Shown here: piece after piece, positions 40,734 to 49,936 of the stretch | Numbering within the stretch: the first letter of the stretch is position 1 | Layout: each line of letters starts with the position of its first letter | Origin: Candidatus Cloacimonadales bacterium | GTDB lineage: Bacteria > Cloacimonadota > Cloacimonadia > Cloacimonadales > DAONDQ01 | NCBI GenBank assembly: GCA_963662275.1 | Contig: OY759316.1 | Span: forward strand, 864,001 to 928,000 | Reading direction: 5' to 3' | DNA: 64,000 nucleotides | Translations under genes and position numbers: made by a program | Notes under the pieces: generated by a model | Told to the model about the DNA's origin: nothing | What the model saw: only the letters and a program-made list of their open reading frames with translations | Databases searched by the model: none

Positions 40734-41014
40734 AGTCTCTCCTTAGTGGTAGTTGCATCCTTCAGGTTGCTTCTGCTGGATAACAAACAGACGTTTCATA
40801 GTCTTTCCTTAGTGGTAGTTGCATCCTTCAGGTTGCTTCTGCTGGATAACAAACAGACGTTTCATAGTCTTTCCTTTGTGGTAGTTGCATCCTTCAGGTT
40901 GCTTCTGCTGGATAACAAACAGACGTTTCATAGTCTTTCCTTTGTGGTAGTTGCATCCTTCAGGTTGCTTCTGCTGGATAACAAACAGACGTTTCATAGT
41001 CTTTCCTTTGTGGT
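40728..41014 (-). repeat. 66-bp tandem repeat (4 full copies plus a partial) that includes the M6 start codon and RBS
   Basis: Units start at 40728, 40794, 40860, 40926 and 40992 (tttcatagtctYtccttWgtggtagttgcatccttcaggttgcttctgctggataacaaacagacg). Confidence 0.95.
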
Positions 41015-41405
41015 TGATCGTTTCTTACTTTCACTTTATATCAAACTATCAGAAACAGATCGTCTAAGGCAGATTCAATAAATTTCTTGTACAGATACAA
41101 TGCCTAATGTATACTTACAATATAAAATTAGTCAAGAATAAAATTTATCAATGTTACTCATTAAAAATTTCAACCTTCTCAATTTGTTATTGTCAGGATT
41201 TAGGTTATTTCTTTTCTTCTCTTCTCATTTGTAATTTCTTCTCTTCTAATTTGTAATTCGTAATTCATAATTTCTGCTCTCCCTCTGTCCAATCTTCCAT
41301 CTTCCATTTGACACAAATTATATGTGTTTACTAAGTCGCGTGGTAGATAAAAATAGAAGAAAAAAGCTCCGAAAAAAGCATCTACCTAAGAAAATCTAAA
41401 AAAGT

Positions 41406-41446
41406 CTAGATGATCCCTAGATGATCCCTAGATAATGCCTAGATGA
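41406..41446. repeat. 11-bp-period direct repeat (ctagatgatcc-like, 4 copies)
   Basis: ctagat at 41406, 41417, 41428 and 41439. Confidence 0.75.
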
Positions 41447-41504
41447 AACTTACTTCAAAAAGAAAGTGCGAAGTGCGAGGTTCGAAGTCAGAAGTTCCGA
41501 AGAG

Positions 41505-41667
41505 CAGTAGCAACGAATTTATTCGTTGTATCGGTTTGATTTATCAAACCAAACCCATTTCAATGGGAAAAATCTAGCTGTAGTGGCTGACGTCCCGGCA
41601 GCCTTATATCACGCCCGGAGGTCGTGAACTATGGCAGTTCATCCAACGACTGAAGTAGTTGCTACTG
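41505..41667. repeat. Inverted pair of GTAG-type REP-like palindromes with other palindromes nested inside
   Basis: cagtagcaacgaatttattcgttg ... caacgactgaagtagttgctactg, 20/24 inverted match. Confidence 0.6.
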
Positions 41668-41688
41668 TTCATAAGTATTTTTTATTCT

Positions 41689-41915
41689 TTGACAAATTTC
41701 CCTATCCTCTAAATCTTCATATGAATATTCAATCGTCGTTTAATAATGTTTGGGAGATGCATTCATGCCCATTAATTATATCAATATGTCTGTAGAAGCG
41801 GAGTAGCTCAATGAGCTTCACTTCGTTTCATTCTAAATACATCGCTTACGAGCTGACAAAACGCTGTTCCTCTGATCTGAAATCAGGACTGGAACGTGAA
41901 ATCAAAGTCCTATAG
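41689..41915 (+). pseudogene. Miniature, internally deleted copy of the SNF2 helicase gene with its upstream region
   Basis: 41689-41797 matches 45328-45440. ORF 41811-41915 MSFTSFHSKYIAYELTKRCSSD|LKSGLEREIKVL* joins the helicase N-terminus to its C-terminal region. Confidence 0.85.
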
Positions 41916-42246
41916 TTACAAACTTCAGGAGATAACATAATAAGCATTTCCCATCATAGACATGATTGGATATGCTGTTGAACAAGCTCAAGTAGCAGGG
42001 TGATTTTGAATATGTATTTGGAAATTGCTTTTTGAAGATTTCTTGGGTTGAATTGGATTTTTACAATTTTAGCAGAGTCTTTTACCAATGGAAGAGATGA
42101 TTTTCTTTTCAGAAGTTATCAAATCACTTTGAGATCAGACTTTTTGTGTATGGGCTGATATTGTTTTCAAGTATTTTAGCAAATTGCCTGTAATATTTCG
42201 GTTGTTTCTATAATTTAGGCAAGACAATCCCGTCGGTAAAATTAAC

Positions 42247-43389
42247 TTACAGTTTACCGCCATCAAAGCAATTTGCCAAAAACAACAGCGACCAAGGCGG
42301 TGATCTTGGTTTTCCGGTAATTGAAGCATGCTGTGTCATCTTTGATTTGCAATTAGGGCAGAGGTCTTTTTCAAATTTGGGAATTACAAAAGTTTTAGCT
42401 GTCTGATTCTTGTCATTAGAATCGGACTTTGCTGGGAAAAAGCTGTTGACCATCTCCCAGACAGATTTTGCCGCCGGACTGAGAAATCCGTAGTATCTGA
42501 TTTTCTGAAATCCCTGCGGCAGAACATGCATCAGGAACTTATTGATAAACTCCACGGAGTCGACGCTTTTAAAGGCGAATTTAGCTGAACCTGCCGGCTT
42601 GTATTTAAAGGTTACCAGCCCGTCCTTTTCCCAAAGGATGCGATTGTTGGTGATGGCGGTCCGATACACATAATTGGCCAAATAAGTCAGAGCCTCCCGA
42701 CCTTTTCCGACGGGTCGGGAGTCTGTGACAAACTCTTTTTGCTGCCAGACTAGCGGGGATATCCGACCAAACAGATGCTGATTTTCCAGTCGAAGCAAAT
42801 CACGGAATTTTGCCCGGTAAATCACCGAAAGAGCTTTGACCGGAATCAGGAACTTATTGCCTGCTTTTTGCCATTCCTTTCGTTCTTTATTCCAAGCTCC
42901 GCCGGGGACTATATAATGAATATGAGGATGATATTCAAGCTGCCTTGTCCAGGTATGAAGTACCCCGGTAAAGCCTGAAACGCCACCGGCATATTTGGGA
43001 TCTGAAAGCAATGTCTTTAAGGCTTCAGATGATGCTTTGAACTGAAGATCATAAAGCAGTTTCTGATTTGACAGGCATGTTTTGTGCAGTTCCCGGGGTA
43101 TGGTGAAAGTTACCATGAAGTACTTAACCGGCAGCAGTTTGGCAAGCTGCTTTTCCAGCCATTTCGCTGAATCATTACGGCCACACTTCGGGCAGTGACG
43201 GTTTTTGCAGGAATGATAGGAATAATGCAGTTCCGCACATTCCTGGCATAAATAGACTTCTCCGCCCAGTTCAGGTGTCCGGCAAAGGAGAATATCTCTG
43301 ATCGCTCTTAAATGGCTTTCCGGTGACTGGTTTCCATATTTTTCCAGATACTCGGACAGGTTGTTTTTGAGAATCCTGCTAAAATCCAT
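42247..43389 (-). CDS. IS91-family (HUH Y2) transposase with zinc-binding domain
   Basis: SCKNRHCPKC, VTFTIP, LHTW...YHPHIH (HUH), YLANY (Y2), HVLP.GFQKIRYYG. Confidence 0.93.
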   Translation of the reverse strand: MDFSRILKNNLSEYLEKYGNQSPESHLRAIRDILLCRTPELGGEVYLCQECAELHYSYHSCKNRHCPKCGRNDSAKWLEKQLAKLLPVKYFMVTFTIPRELHKTCLSNQKLLYDLQFKASSEALKTLLSDPKYAGGVSGFTGVLHTWTRQLEYHPHIHYIVPGGAWNKERKEWQKAGNKFLIPVKALSVIYRAKFRDLLRLENQHLFGRISPLVWQQKEFVTDSRPVGKGREALTYLANYVYRTAITNNRILWEKDGLVTFKYKPAGSAKFAFKSVDSVEFINKFLMHVLPQGFQKIRYYGFLSPAAKSVWEMVNSFFPAKSDSNDKNQTAKTFVIPKFEKDLCPNCKSKMTQHASITGKPRSPPWSLLFLANCFDGGKL

Positions 43390-44262
43390 TTACATCTTAT
43401 TCATCAGTTCATTGATGATTTTACATGACTGCTCTCGGGAAACGTTAGTCAAATGCACGTATACCATGGTCGCTCTAAGACTTTCGTGCCCGAGCAAGTC
43501 TTTGATGATGATGATACTGACACCTGCTTCCAATAAATGTGTGGCATAAGAATGTCTGAGTGTATGACAGGTTACATGCTTAGGGATGCGTGTCTCCTTT
43601 AAGGCTGACTTCAGAGCTGACCGAAGAGTTTGGACAGAAATCTGGTTCGAGGTTGTCATTCTGTTAATATCAGCCTGTCTGGTGCTTCTGCTCGGGAATA
43701 AAAGCTGTCTGTTCTGATGGGTTTTCCAATATTCCCGGAGTTCCTGATACAATTTTTCAGGCAGAGGTATTGACCTGTCTTTGTTGCCTTTGGATTGCCT
43801 TACCGTGATGGTCATCAATTCCCGGTTGATATCGGCTATTTTAATCTTGACTGCTTCCGAAATCCTTAATCCGCATTGATAGGTAAGAGTCAGTAAGAGT
43901 CGATAATCATAAGTATGAATGCGGGAGATAAGCATTCTAACTTCGTCTGTGGTCAGAATCACAGGAAGTTTGTGCTCAATCTTTGCCTTAAAAAAGGTAA
44001 AATCCTCTTGCCTGAAACCAACAACATGGATGAAAAAAAATCTGATGCCATAATAGGCTGATTTTAAACTCTGAGGACTATAATTCTTGACGTTATGCAG
44101 GTAGACAAAATATGTTCTTACCTGTTCAATAGATAGTGTGCCGGGGTCTTGACCATAATATGATGCTAAAGAAGTGACTTGTCTGATGTAATTGTATTTT
44201 GTCTCTCGGGACACGCCTCGAAGATCAAGGCACTCTAAAAAGCGAACTTCGTATGATTCCAT
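43390..44262 (-). CDS. Tyrosine recombinase/integrase with a SAM-like N-terminal domain
   Basis: KLPVILT, CGLRISE, KGNKDR, HTLRHSYATHLLEAG, LLGH...TMVY. Confidence 0.93.
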   Translation of the reverse strand: MESYEVRFLECLDLRGVSRETKYNYIRQVTSLASYYGQDPGTLSIEQVRTYFVYLHNVKNYSPQSLKSAYYGIRFFFIHVVGFRQEDFTFFKAKIEHKLPVILTTDEVRMLISRIHTYDYRLLLTLTYQCGLRISEAVKIKIADINRELMTITVRQSKGNKDRSIPLPEKLYQELREYWKTHQNRQLLFPSRSTRQADINRMTTSNQISVQTLRSALKSALKETRIPKHVTCHTLRHSYATHLLEAGVSIIIIKDLLGHESLRATMVYVHLTNVSREQSCKIINELMNKM

Positions 44263-44411
44263 ACTTACCTCCAGTTAATTTTGGGGGTAAGTATGCTTTT
44301 AGTGAGGGTTCAGTATATCAATAGTTTAAATGCATGAAACACGAGTTTACTGCGAACGGTACTGCTGCTTGCAGCTTCGTTCAACAAGATACAATCTTAT
44401 GCACGTTTTCC

Positions 44412-44440
44412 TTGACACTGATGTTACTAATAATTATAAA
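44412..44440 (+). promoter_or_regulatory. Probable sigma70 promoter
   Basis: TTGACA-N17-TATAAA. Confidence 0.5.
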
Positions 44441-44519
44441 TACAATAATAATGAAGTTGTTATAAATCATATAGGAGAAACTTGAAATCTCAAATTGCGA
44501 AATCAGGATGGAGGGAAGC

Positions 44520-45137
44520 ATGAATGATAAAAATGAACCAATAAATTCCAAATCTGTATTGTTTTCAGATATTACACATCTAATTATTGAAGCTAGGCAG
44601 AGAACTGCTATGCTTATTAACTCTGAACTTAGTTTGTTGTATTGGTCTATTGGACAAAGAATACTTACTGAGATACTTCAATCAGGAAAGGCTGCGTATG
44701 GTGATCAAACCATCAAACAGCTTTCGGAACAAATGACCTTGGAGTTCGGTACAGGTTGGAGTGATAAGCAACTTAGACATTGTCTCCGCACTGCGGAGAC
44801 AATTGATCTTCTGTTTTATCATCGCTCTTTGAAATGTATGATTGTCGTTGAACTAAAGCTAGGAGAGTTCCAAGCTTCATACAAAGGTCAAATGGAGTTG
44901 TACTTGCGCTTCCTGGAAAAGTATGAACTGAAAGAAAATGAGAATCCACCTATAGGACTTATCCTCTGCAGCGGGAAGAATGACGAACATATAGAGCTTT
45001 TACAACTGCATAAAAGCAATATTCGAGTAGCTGAATACATTACAAGTCTTCCTCCCAAAGAATTACTGTTGAAGAAACTACATCAATCCATTGAAGTTGC
45101 TAAAAACAAAATGCGTAGTGAAGTTGATAATGAATAG
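44520..45137 (+). CDS. DUF1016/YhcG PD-(D/E)xK family protein, internally deleted but in frame
   Basis: N-terminal LYWSIGQRI...YG..I..LS..MT.EFG.GWS joined directly to C-terminal IDLLFYHR.LKC..VVELK.GEF...YKGQM..YL...ENPPIGLILC; the middle region is missing. ATG 44508 is an alternative start. Confidence 0.8.
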   Translation: MNDKNEPINSKSVLFSDITHLIIEARQRTAMLINSELSLLYWSIGQRILTEILQSGKAAYGDQTIKQLSEQMTLEFGTGWSDKQLRHCLRTAETIDLLFYHRSLKCMIVVELKLGEFQASYKGQMELYLRFLEKYELKENENPPIGLILCSGKNDEHIELLQLHKSNIRVAEYITSLPPKELLLKKLHQSIEVAKNKMRSEVDNE

Positions 45138-45180
45138 CCGGAACGTTATACTCTCTGCCAATCTTACATCTTCTATTCTG

Positions 45181-45274
45181 AAAATTCTGGAAGGATGAAA
45201 GATAATAGCCCATAGCGTGAGCTATGGGAAACGATCCCCCCATGTACCATTAGAACCCCGGCAGGGGTGACATA
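45181..45274. repeat. REP-like palindromic element, same family as 60547-60612 in opposite orientation
   Basis: Hairpins cccatagc-gtga-gctatggg and acccc-ggca-ggggt. Confidence 0.75.
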
Positions 45275-45446
45275 ATCTATCCTTTCCCCCCTGATTCTGC
45301 CTGTCCTTAACGTATTCTTTTTAATGTTTGACAAATTTCCCTATCACCTGAATCTTCATATTAATATTCAATAGTCGATTAATAATGTTTGGGAGATGCA
45401 TTCATGCCCATTAATTATTTCTTATATTATATCTGTAGAATCGACT

Positions 45447-45525
45447 TGGGGTGGCAAATTCCGATTTGCCACATCTGGTTCAGAAATAAGCTCCATACAG
45501 TGGCAAATCGGAATTTGCCTCCCCA
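45447..45525. repeat. REPIN-like inverted doublet in the helicase 5' leader
   Basis: ggggtggcaaattccgatttgccac ... gtggcaaatcggaatttgcctcccc (25-bp IR, 1 mismatch; each arm self-palindromic). Confidence 0.8.
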
Positions 45526-45543
45526 TGCTTGACGAGACATTCA

Positions 45544-48396
45544 ATGAGTTTTACTTCCTTTCATTCTAGATATATCGCTTACGAACTGACAAAACGCTGT
45601 TCCTCTGATAGCTTGGAAAAGCTTGCCGGTACTCTTGTCGATGCCCAGATTGATCTGAATCCACATCAAATTGATGCTGCTCTGTTTGCTTTCCAATCAC
45701 CGTTATCCAAAGGTGCCATACTTGCTGATGAGGTAGGTCTCGGTAAAACCATTGAAGCCGGATTGGTGATAGCGCAGAAGTGGGCAGAAAGAAAACATAA
45801 AATACTGATCATCACTCCCGCAAATCTAAGAAAGCAATGGTACCAGGAATTGTCTGACAAGTTCTTTCTCGAATCAGTCATTCTGGAATCCAAAGCTTAT
45901 AACAATCTTCTGAAAAAAGGTCATAAACACCCTTTCGAACAAAAGCAGATTGTTATCTGCTCTTATCAGTTCGCAAAAGCAAAGGCATTTGATCTGATCA
46001 GCATTCCCTGGGATTTGGTGGTCATTGATGAAGCACATCGGCTGCGTAATGTATATAAACCTACCAATGTAATTGCCAATACGCTTAAGAATACACTGGG
46101 CAGTTTCCATAAACTGCTTCTCACGGCAACACCATTACAGAATTCCCTTTTAGAATTGTATGGTTTGATCAGTTTTCTGGATGATCATGCCTTTGGTGAT
46201 GTGAAAAGCTTTCGAGAGCAGTATTCCACCATTGCCGATACACGTATTTTTAATAACCTCAAGGCTCGTATCAAGCCGTATTGCCATCGTACTCTGCGTC
46301 ACCAGGTGGAGCCGTATATCCGTTACACAAAACGCTTCCCCATGTTACAGACATATACACCTGAAGAAAGTGAAGACAGGCTCTATGACCTCGTATCAGA
46401 TTATCTGCGCAGGGATAACATCCAGGCTCTGCCGGTTGGTCAACGATCTCTTATGACGCTTGTTCTCCGTAAACTGCTGGCATCATCATCATTTGCTATT
46501 GCCGGAGCTTTAGAAACCATCATTAAAAGACTAACAGATAAGCTGCATGAGAATGAGCCTGAGAAAGAACAGCTTGAAGATACGATTGGTGAAGATTATG
46601 AAATCCTGTCTGAACAGGTTGATGAATGGACGGATGACCAGGACAATGAACCTCTTACTATTTCTGATGAACAGGCTATTAAGAATGAAATTGCTGATTT
46701 GAGAAAGCTTCGTGACTTAGCAGTTTCTATCACTGCAAATGCCAAAGGACGTGCGTTGCTTGTTGCCCTGGAGCAGGCTTTTCAACAGGCTGAACGGCTT
46801 GGTTCTGAAAGAAAGGCTATTATCTTCACTGAGTCGCGTAAGACGCAGGATTATCTATTACGTGTTTTGGCTGATAGCCCATTCTCAGAAGGCATAGTCC
46901 TTTTCAATGGCTCGAATAATGACCCGCGTTCAAAAGAGATTTATACCGATTGGATTGCCCAACATAAAGGAACGGATAAAGTCACCGGTTCACGTACTGC
47001 GGATATGCGTTCTGCCATCGTTGATTATTTCCGTGAGGAAGGTCATATCATGATAGCAACAGAAGCAGGTGCGGAAGGTATAAATCTTCAATTCTGCTCT
47101 CTGGTTGTGAATTATGACCTGCCGTGGAATCCGCAGCGTATTGAACAGCGGATAGGTCGTTGTCATCGGTATGGTCAGAAGCACGATGTTGTGGTAGTGA
47201 ATTTCCTGAATAATCATAATGAAGCAGATCAAAGGGTATATGATTTGCTTTCGGAGAAGTTCAATCTCTTTGCAGGAGTCTTCGGGGCAAGTGATGAAGT
47301 GTTAGGTGCTATTGAATCCGGTGTTGACTTTGAAAAGAGAATCGTTGATATTTACCAGAAATGCCGTGCTCCTGAAGAAATTAATGAAGCCTTTGACCAA
47401 CTGCAAGCCGAGTTATCAGAAGATATCAATGATACAATTGTGCAAACCAGGCAAAAGCTGTTTGAGAATTTTGATGATGAAGTACGTGAAAAACTGCGTG
47501 TACGGGATGAAGGTTCTAAGCAATATCTTGGTCTTTATGAGCGGCTTCTCATGCAGCTTACCAAACATGAATTGAGGGATTGTGCCAGTTTTACTGATGA
47601 TTCATCATTTAATCTGCAATCCAACCCGCAAGGCTGTCAATTTGAATTGGGTTTGTATGAATTACCACGCAGGTCTGGTGAAGCTCACCTGTATCGTCCT
47701 TCTCATCCCTTGGCACATCATATTCTGAATACTTCCAAAGAAAGGTCACTGATTCCCTCAGAGATAGAGTTTAATTTGAGTGAATATGAAGGTAAAATCT
47801 CAAGTTTAGAGCCGTTCATAGGTAAATCAGGGGTTATGAGTCTTTGTTTATTTACCGTAGAATCTTTGGATGTTGTTGAAGATCATCTCATCTTTTCCGG
47901 TCAGACAGATTCCGGTACTGAATTGGATGAAGAAGCTTTACGAAGAATGTTCAATGTTCACGGTAAAGTACTAACAGAGTTACCCAACCTGGAAATACCT
48001 AATGTAATAAATGACCGAATTACTGTTAGACAGAAAGATATCCAGAAAGGCATATCTGTTCGCAATGCCCTGTTCTTTGAAACTGAAGCGCAAAAGCTGG
48101 ATGGCTGGTCAGATGATCTGAAATCAGGTCTGGAACGTGAAATAAAAGAGATAGACAGGCAAATCAAGGAAGTCCGAAAAGCAACTACCCTTGCCCCATC
48201 ACTGGAAGAGAAGCTGGAAGGGCAAAGGCAAATGAGAGCATTGGAATCACAACGCAGTCAAAAACGCCGTTCTTTGTTTGAAGCCCAGGATGATATAGAT
48301 CATAAACGTGATACATTAATTGGTGAGATTGAAAAGAAATTACAGCAGAAGTGTTCAGAGAAAACGCTATTTAATATTAGGTGGAGGGTGAGATGA
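45544..48396 (+). CDS. SNF2-family helicase of the kind found in R-M/defence islands
   Basis: LNPHQ, LADEVGLGKT, DEAH, LLTATP, ATEAGAEGINLQ, NYDLPWNPQRIEQRIGRCHRYGQ; coiled-coil C-terminus. Confidence 0.92.
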   Translation: MSFTSFHSRYIAYELTKRCSSDSLEKLAGTLVDAQIDLNPHQIDAALFAFQSPLSKGAILADEVGLGKTIEAGLVIAQKWAERKHKILIITPANLRKQWYQELSDKFFLESVILESKAYNNLLKKGHKHPFEQKQIVICSYQFAKAKAFDLISIPWDLVVIDEAHRLRNVYKPTNVIANTLKNTLGSFHKLLLTATPLQNSLLELYGLISFLDDHAFGDVKSFREQYSTIADTRIFNNLKARIKPYCHRTLRHQVEPYIRYTKRFPMLQTYTPEESEDRLYDLVSDYLRRDNIQALPVGQRSLMTLVLRKLLASSSFAIAGALETIIKRLTDKLHENEPEKEQLEDTIGEDYEILSEQVDEWTDDQDNEPLTISDEQAIKNEIADLRKLRDLAVSITANAKGRALLVALEQAFQQAERLGSERKAIIFTESRKTQDYLLRVLADSPFSEGIVLFNGSNNDPRSKEIYTDWIAQHKGTDKVTGSRTADMRSAIVDYFREEGHIMIATEAGAEGINLQFCSLVVNYDLPWNPQRIEQRIGRCHRYGQKHDVVVVNFLNNHNEADQRVYDLLSEKFNLFAGVFGASDEVLGAIESGVDFEKRIVDIYQKCRAPEEINEAFDQLQAELSEDINDTIVQTRQKLFENFDDEVREKLRVRDEGSKQYLGLYERLLMQLTKHELRDCASFTDDSSFNLQSNPQGCQFELGLYELPRRSGEAHLYRPSHPLAHHILNTSKERSLIPSEIEFNLSEYEGKISSLEPFIGKSGVMSLCLFTVESLDVVEDHLIFSGQTDSGTELDEEALRRMFNVHGKVLTELPNLEIPNVINDRITVRQKDIQKGISVRNALFFETEAQKLDGWSDDLKSGLEREIKEIDRQIKEVRKATTLAPSLEEKLEGQRQMRALESQRSQKRRSLFEAQDDIDHKRDTLIGEIEKKLQQKCSEKTLFNIRWRVR

Positions 48397-48429
48397 AAGA
48401 TTTCTCAAGAAGGGAACAGAAAAAGCTGA

Positions 48430-48457
48430 TTGACAAATATAACAAATTTGTTATATT
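48430..48457 (+). promoter_or_regulatory. TAC operon promoter with a palindromic operator
   Basis: TTGACA-N16-TATATT; a perfect 22-bp palindrome aatataacaaa/tttgttatatt (48436-48457) fills the spacer and the -10 box. Confidence 0.7.
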
Positions 48458-48487
48458 GTCTTCTGTTTGCATGAGGGTGGATAGGTA

Positions 48488-48856
48488 ATGGAGATTGTCT
48501 ATTATCCGAAGTTCAGAGTTGATGATGCGACAAGCTCACTGTATAGAGATATTCATACGTATATGAAAAGGGATCATCCACAGCAGTATTTACAGATGAA
48601 GCGTTTTCTCGATCAAGTAGAAAGACTGACACTGGAAGAAGTATCTTCATTTCTGCTTGAAGAATCGAAAAAACCATGGAAACAAAGACGAGTCAGTTAT
48701 CTGGGAGATGAGCTTTACGAGTATCGTGGAAGCCAATCAAAGAGCGGTACAATCCGCTTATACTTCCGCATAAACGATAGTCGGATCAGAATCCTGGATG
48801 CAGAGTGCAAAACCGATGATGAAAATAAAATCGAACGTGCCAAGAAACGCAATTAA
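48488..48856 (+). CDS. RelE/HigB-like (Gp49-type) toxin
   Basis: 122 aa, basic; C-terminal YLGDELYEYRG...GTIRLYF..IRILDAECKT...IERAKKR matches the RelE-fold pattern; lies upstream of an HTH gene. Confidence 0.7.
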   Translation: MEIVYYPKFRVDDATSSLYRDIHTYMKRDHPQQYLQMKRFLDQVERLTLEEVSSFLLEESKKPWKQRRVSYLGDELYEYRGSQSKSGTIRLYFRINDSRIRILDAECKTDDENKIERAKKRN

Positions 48857-48869
48857 CCTGGAGGAAGAG

Positions 48870-49427
48870 ATGAAAGAGCGGATCAGTCCTGAGAAAAGGG
48901 CTTTCCTGTTAGAGAGAGACCGCGAGATGGAACGACTGGAAAAGGAAGGATACGACTTCCACGCTCACGAAGATAAGCAGCCCGTGGATGAACAAGACGG
49001 ATACTTAGCGTTTCACACCATGATGAACGACCTGGTTCTCGAACTTTGGGATATCCGACGCGAAAAGGGTCTCACCCAAGCTGACCTCGCTCAGAAGATG
49101 GGTACTAAGCAGACTGCAGTTTCCCGTTTTGAAAACTCAGGAATCACTCCATCTTTCGAGCTTGCTTTCAAGTATGCCTGGGCTTTGGGTTTGAAACTGG
49201 CGATCACAACGCATGGTGAATACACCCTCACTCTGCCCAAAGAACTCTGGAAGCCAATGGAAATCATGGCAGAATGTGCGAAAACGACTGTGCAGCAGGT
49301 GATGTCTGAGGCAATTGAGGATTATGTCCCATCACAATACAGCAATTATGTCTTTAAGATGCTCTCAGCATCCTGCCAACCCCAGAAAAAAGTCAAGTTC
49401 GAGAGCTTGGAGGAAGTGGCTGTATGA
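48870..49427 (+). CDS. HigA-like XRE HTH antitoxin with an RHH-like segment and a C-terminal tail
   Basis: RREKGLTQADLAQKMGTKQTAVSRFENSG..PS; GGAGG SD before ATG 48870. Confidence 0.8.
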   Translation: MKERISPEKRAFLLERDREMERLEKEGYDFHAHEDKQPVDEQDGYLAFHTMMNDLVLELWDIRREKGLTQADLAQKMGTKQTAVSRFENSGITPSFELAFKYAWALGLKLAITTHGEYTLTLPKELWKPMEIMAECAKTTVQQVMSEAIEDYVPSQYSNYVFKMLSASCQPQKKVKFESLEEVAV

Positions 49428-49855
49428 AGACTCCCATTAGTCCGCAAGGTTTCACAGAATTGCTTGGAATCATTGATATTGCCAATGTTCTCCTCACAAG
49501 GATGGATTTCAAAGTCGAAGAGGGATGTACTATCCCGTTGCCCTACGAAGTACAAATGAGCAGGGATCAGCCAGTGCATATTCTAACGGATGACCAAATC
49601 TGCGGCTTGATTGGCTTCCAAATTGTTGGCGTAGCTGAGGAGAAGCAGGTTTTCATCGGTCATTTCCATTTTCAGGTGGTGTTTACACATAATGACAAAG
49701 AGAAAGTTGAGACGCTTCTATCAGATGAGAAGATACGGGAATTGTTCCTGGGCAGTCAACTGGACAAATTCGTCTGGTCATATCTGCGACGAGCAATCCA
49801 GCAGGTTGTGCTGGATGCCGGCTTCCCACCTGTAATGTTGCCCATGTACAGATAA
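49424..49855 (+). CDS. SecB-like chaperone
   Basis: 143 aa, beta-rich N-terminal part and C-terminal FVWSYLRRAIQQVVLDAGFPPVMLP, the SecB-like PY.R....GFPP..LP pattern; ATGA overlap with the antitoxin. Confidence 0.75.
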   Translation: MKTPISPQGFTELLGIIDIANVLLTRMDFKVEEGCTIPLPYEVQMSRDQPVHILTDDQICGLIGFQIVGVAEEKQVFIGHFHFQVVFTHNDKEKVETLLSDEKIRELFLGSQLDKFVWSYLRRAIQQVVLDAGFPPVMLPMYR

Positions 49856-49936
49856 GCATTCTGACCATCATAACACGATAAAATCATATAGGAGAAACTT
49901 GAAATCGCAAATTGCGAAATCAGGATGGAGGGAAGC

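Larger units (their letters stand above)
41977..44385 (-). mobile_element. IS91-like element carrying a tyrosine recombinase and a Y2 transposase; ends inferred
   Basis: Two abutting genes; near-inverted termini gttgaacaagct (41977) and agcttcgttcaac (44373-44385). Confidence 0.6.

Noticed and set aside
40728..41014. 66-bp period as CRISPR repeat plus spacer
   Set aside because: The whole unit is repeated almost identically, so there are no variable spacers.
41798..41810. gcggagtagctca as a tRNA 5' fragment or att site
   Set aside because: No cloverleaf follows; it is better explained as the SD region of the helicase remnant.
43390..44262. Integron integrase with a cassette array
   Set aside because: The protein appears to lack the IntI-specific insertion before the HxLRH motif, and I found no convincing attC series.
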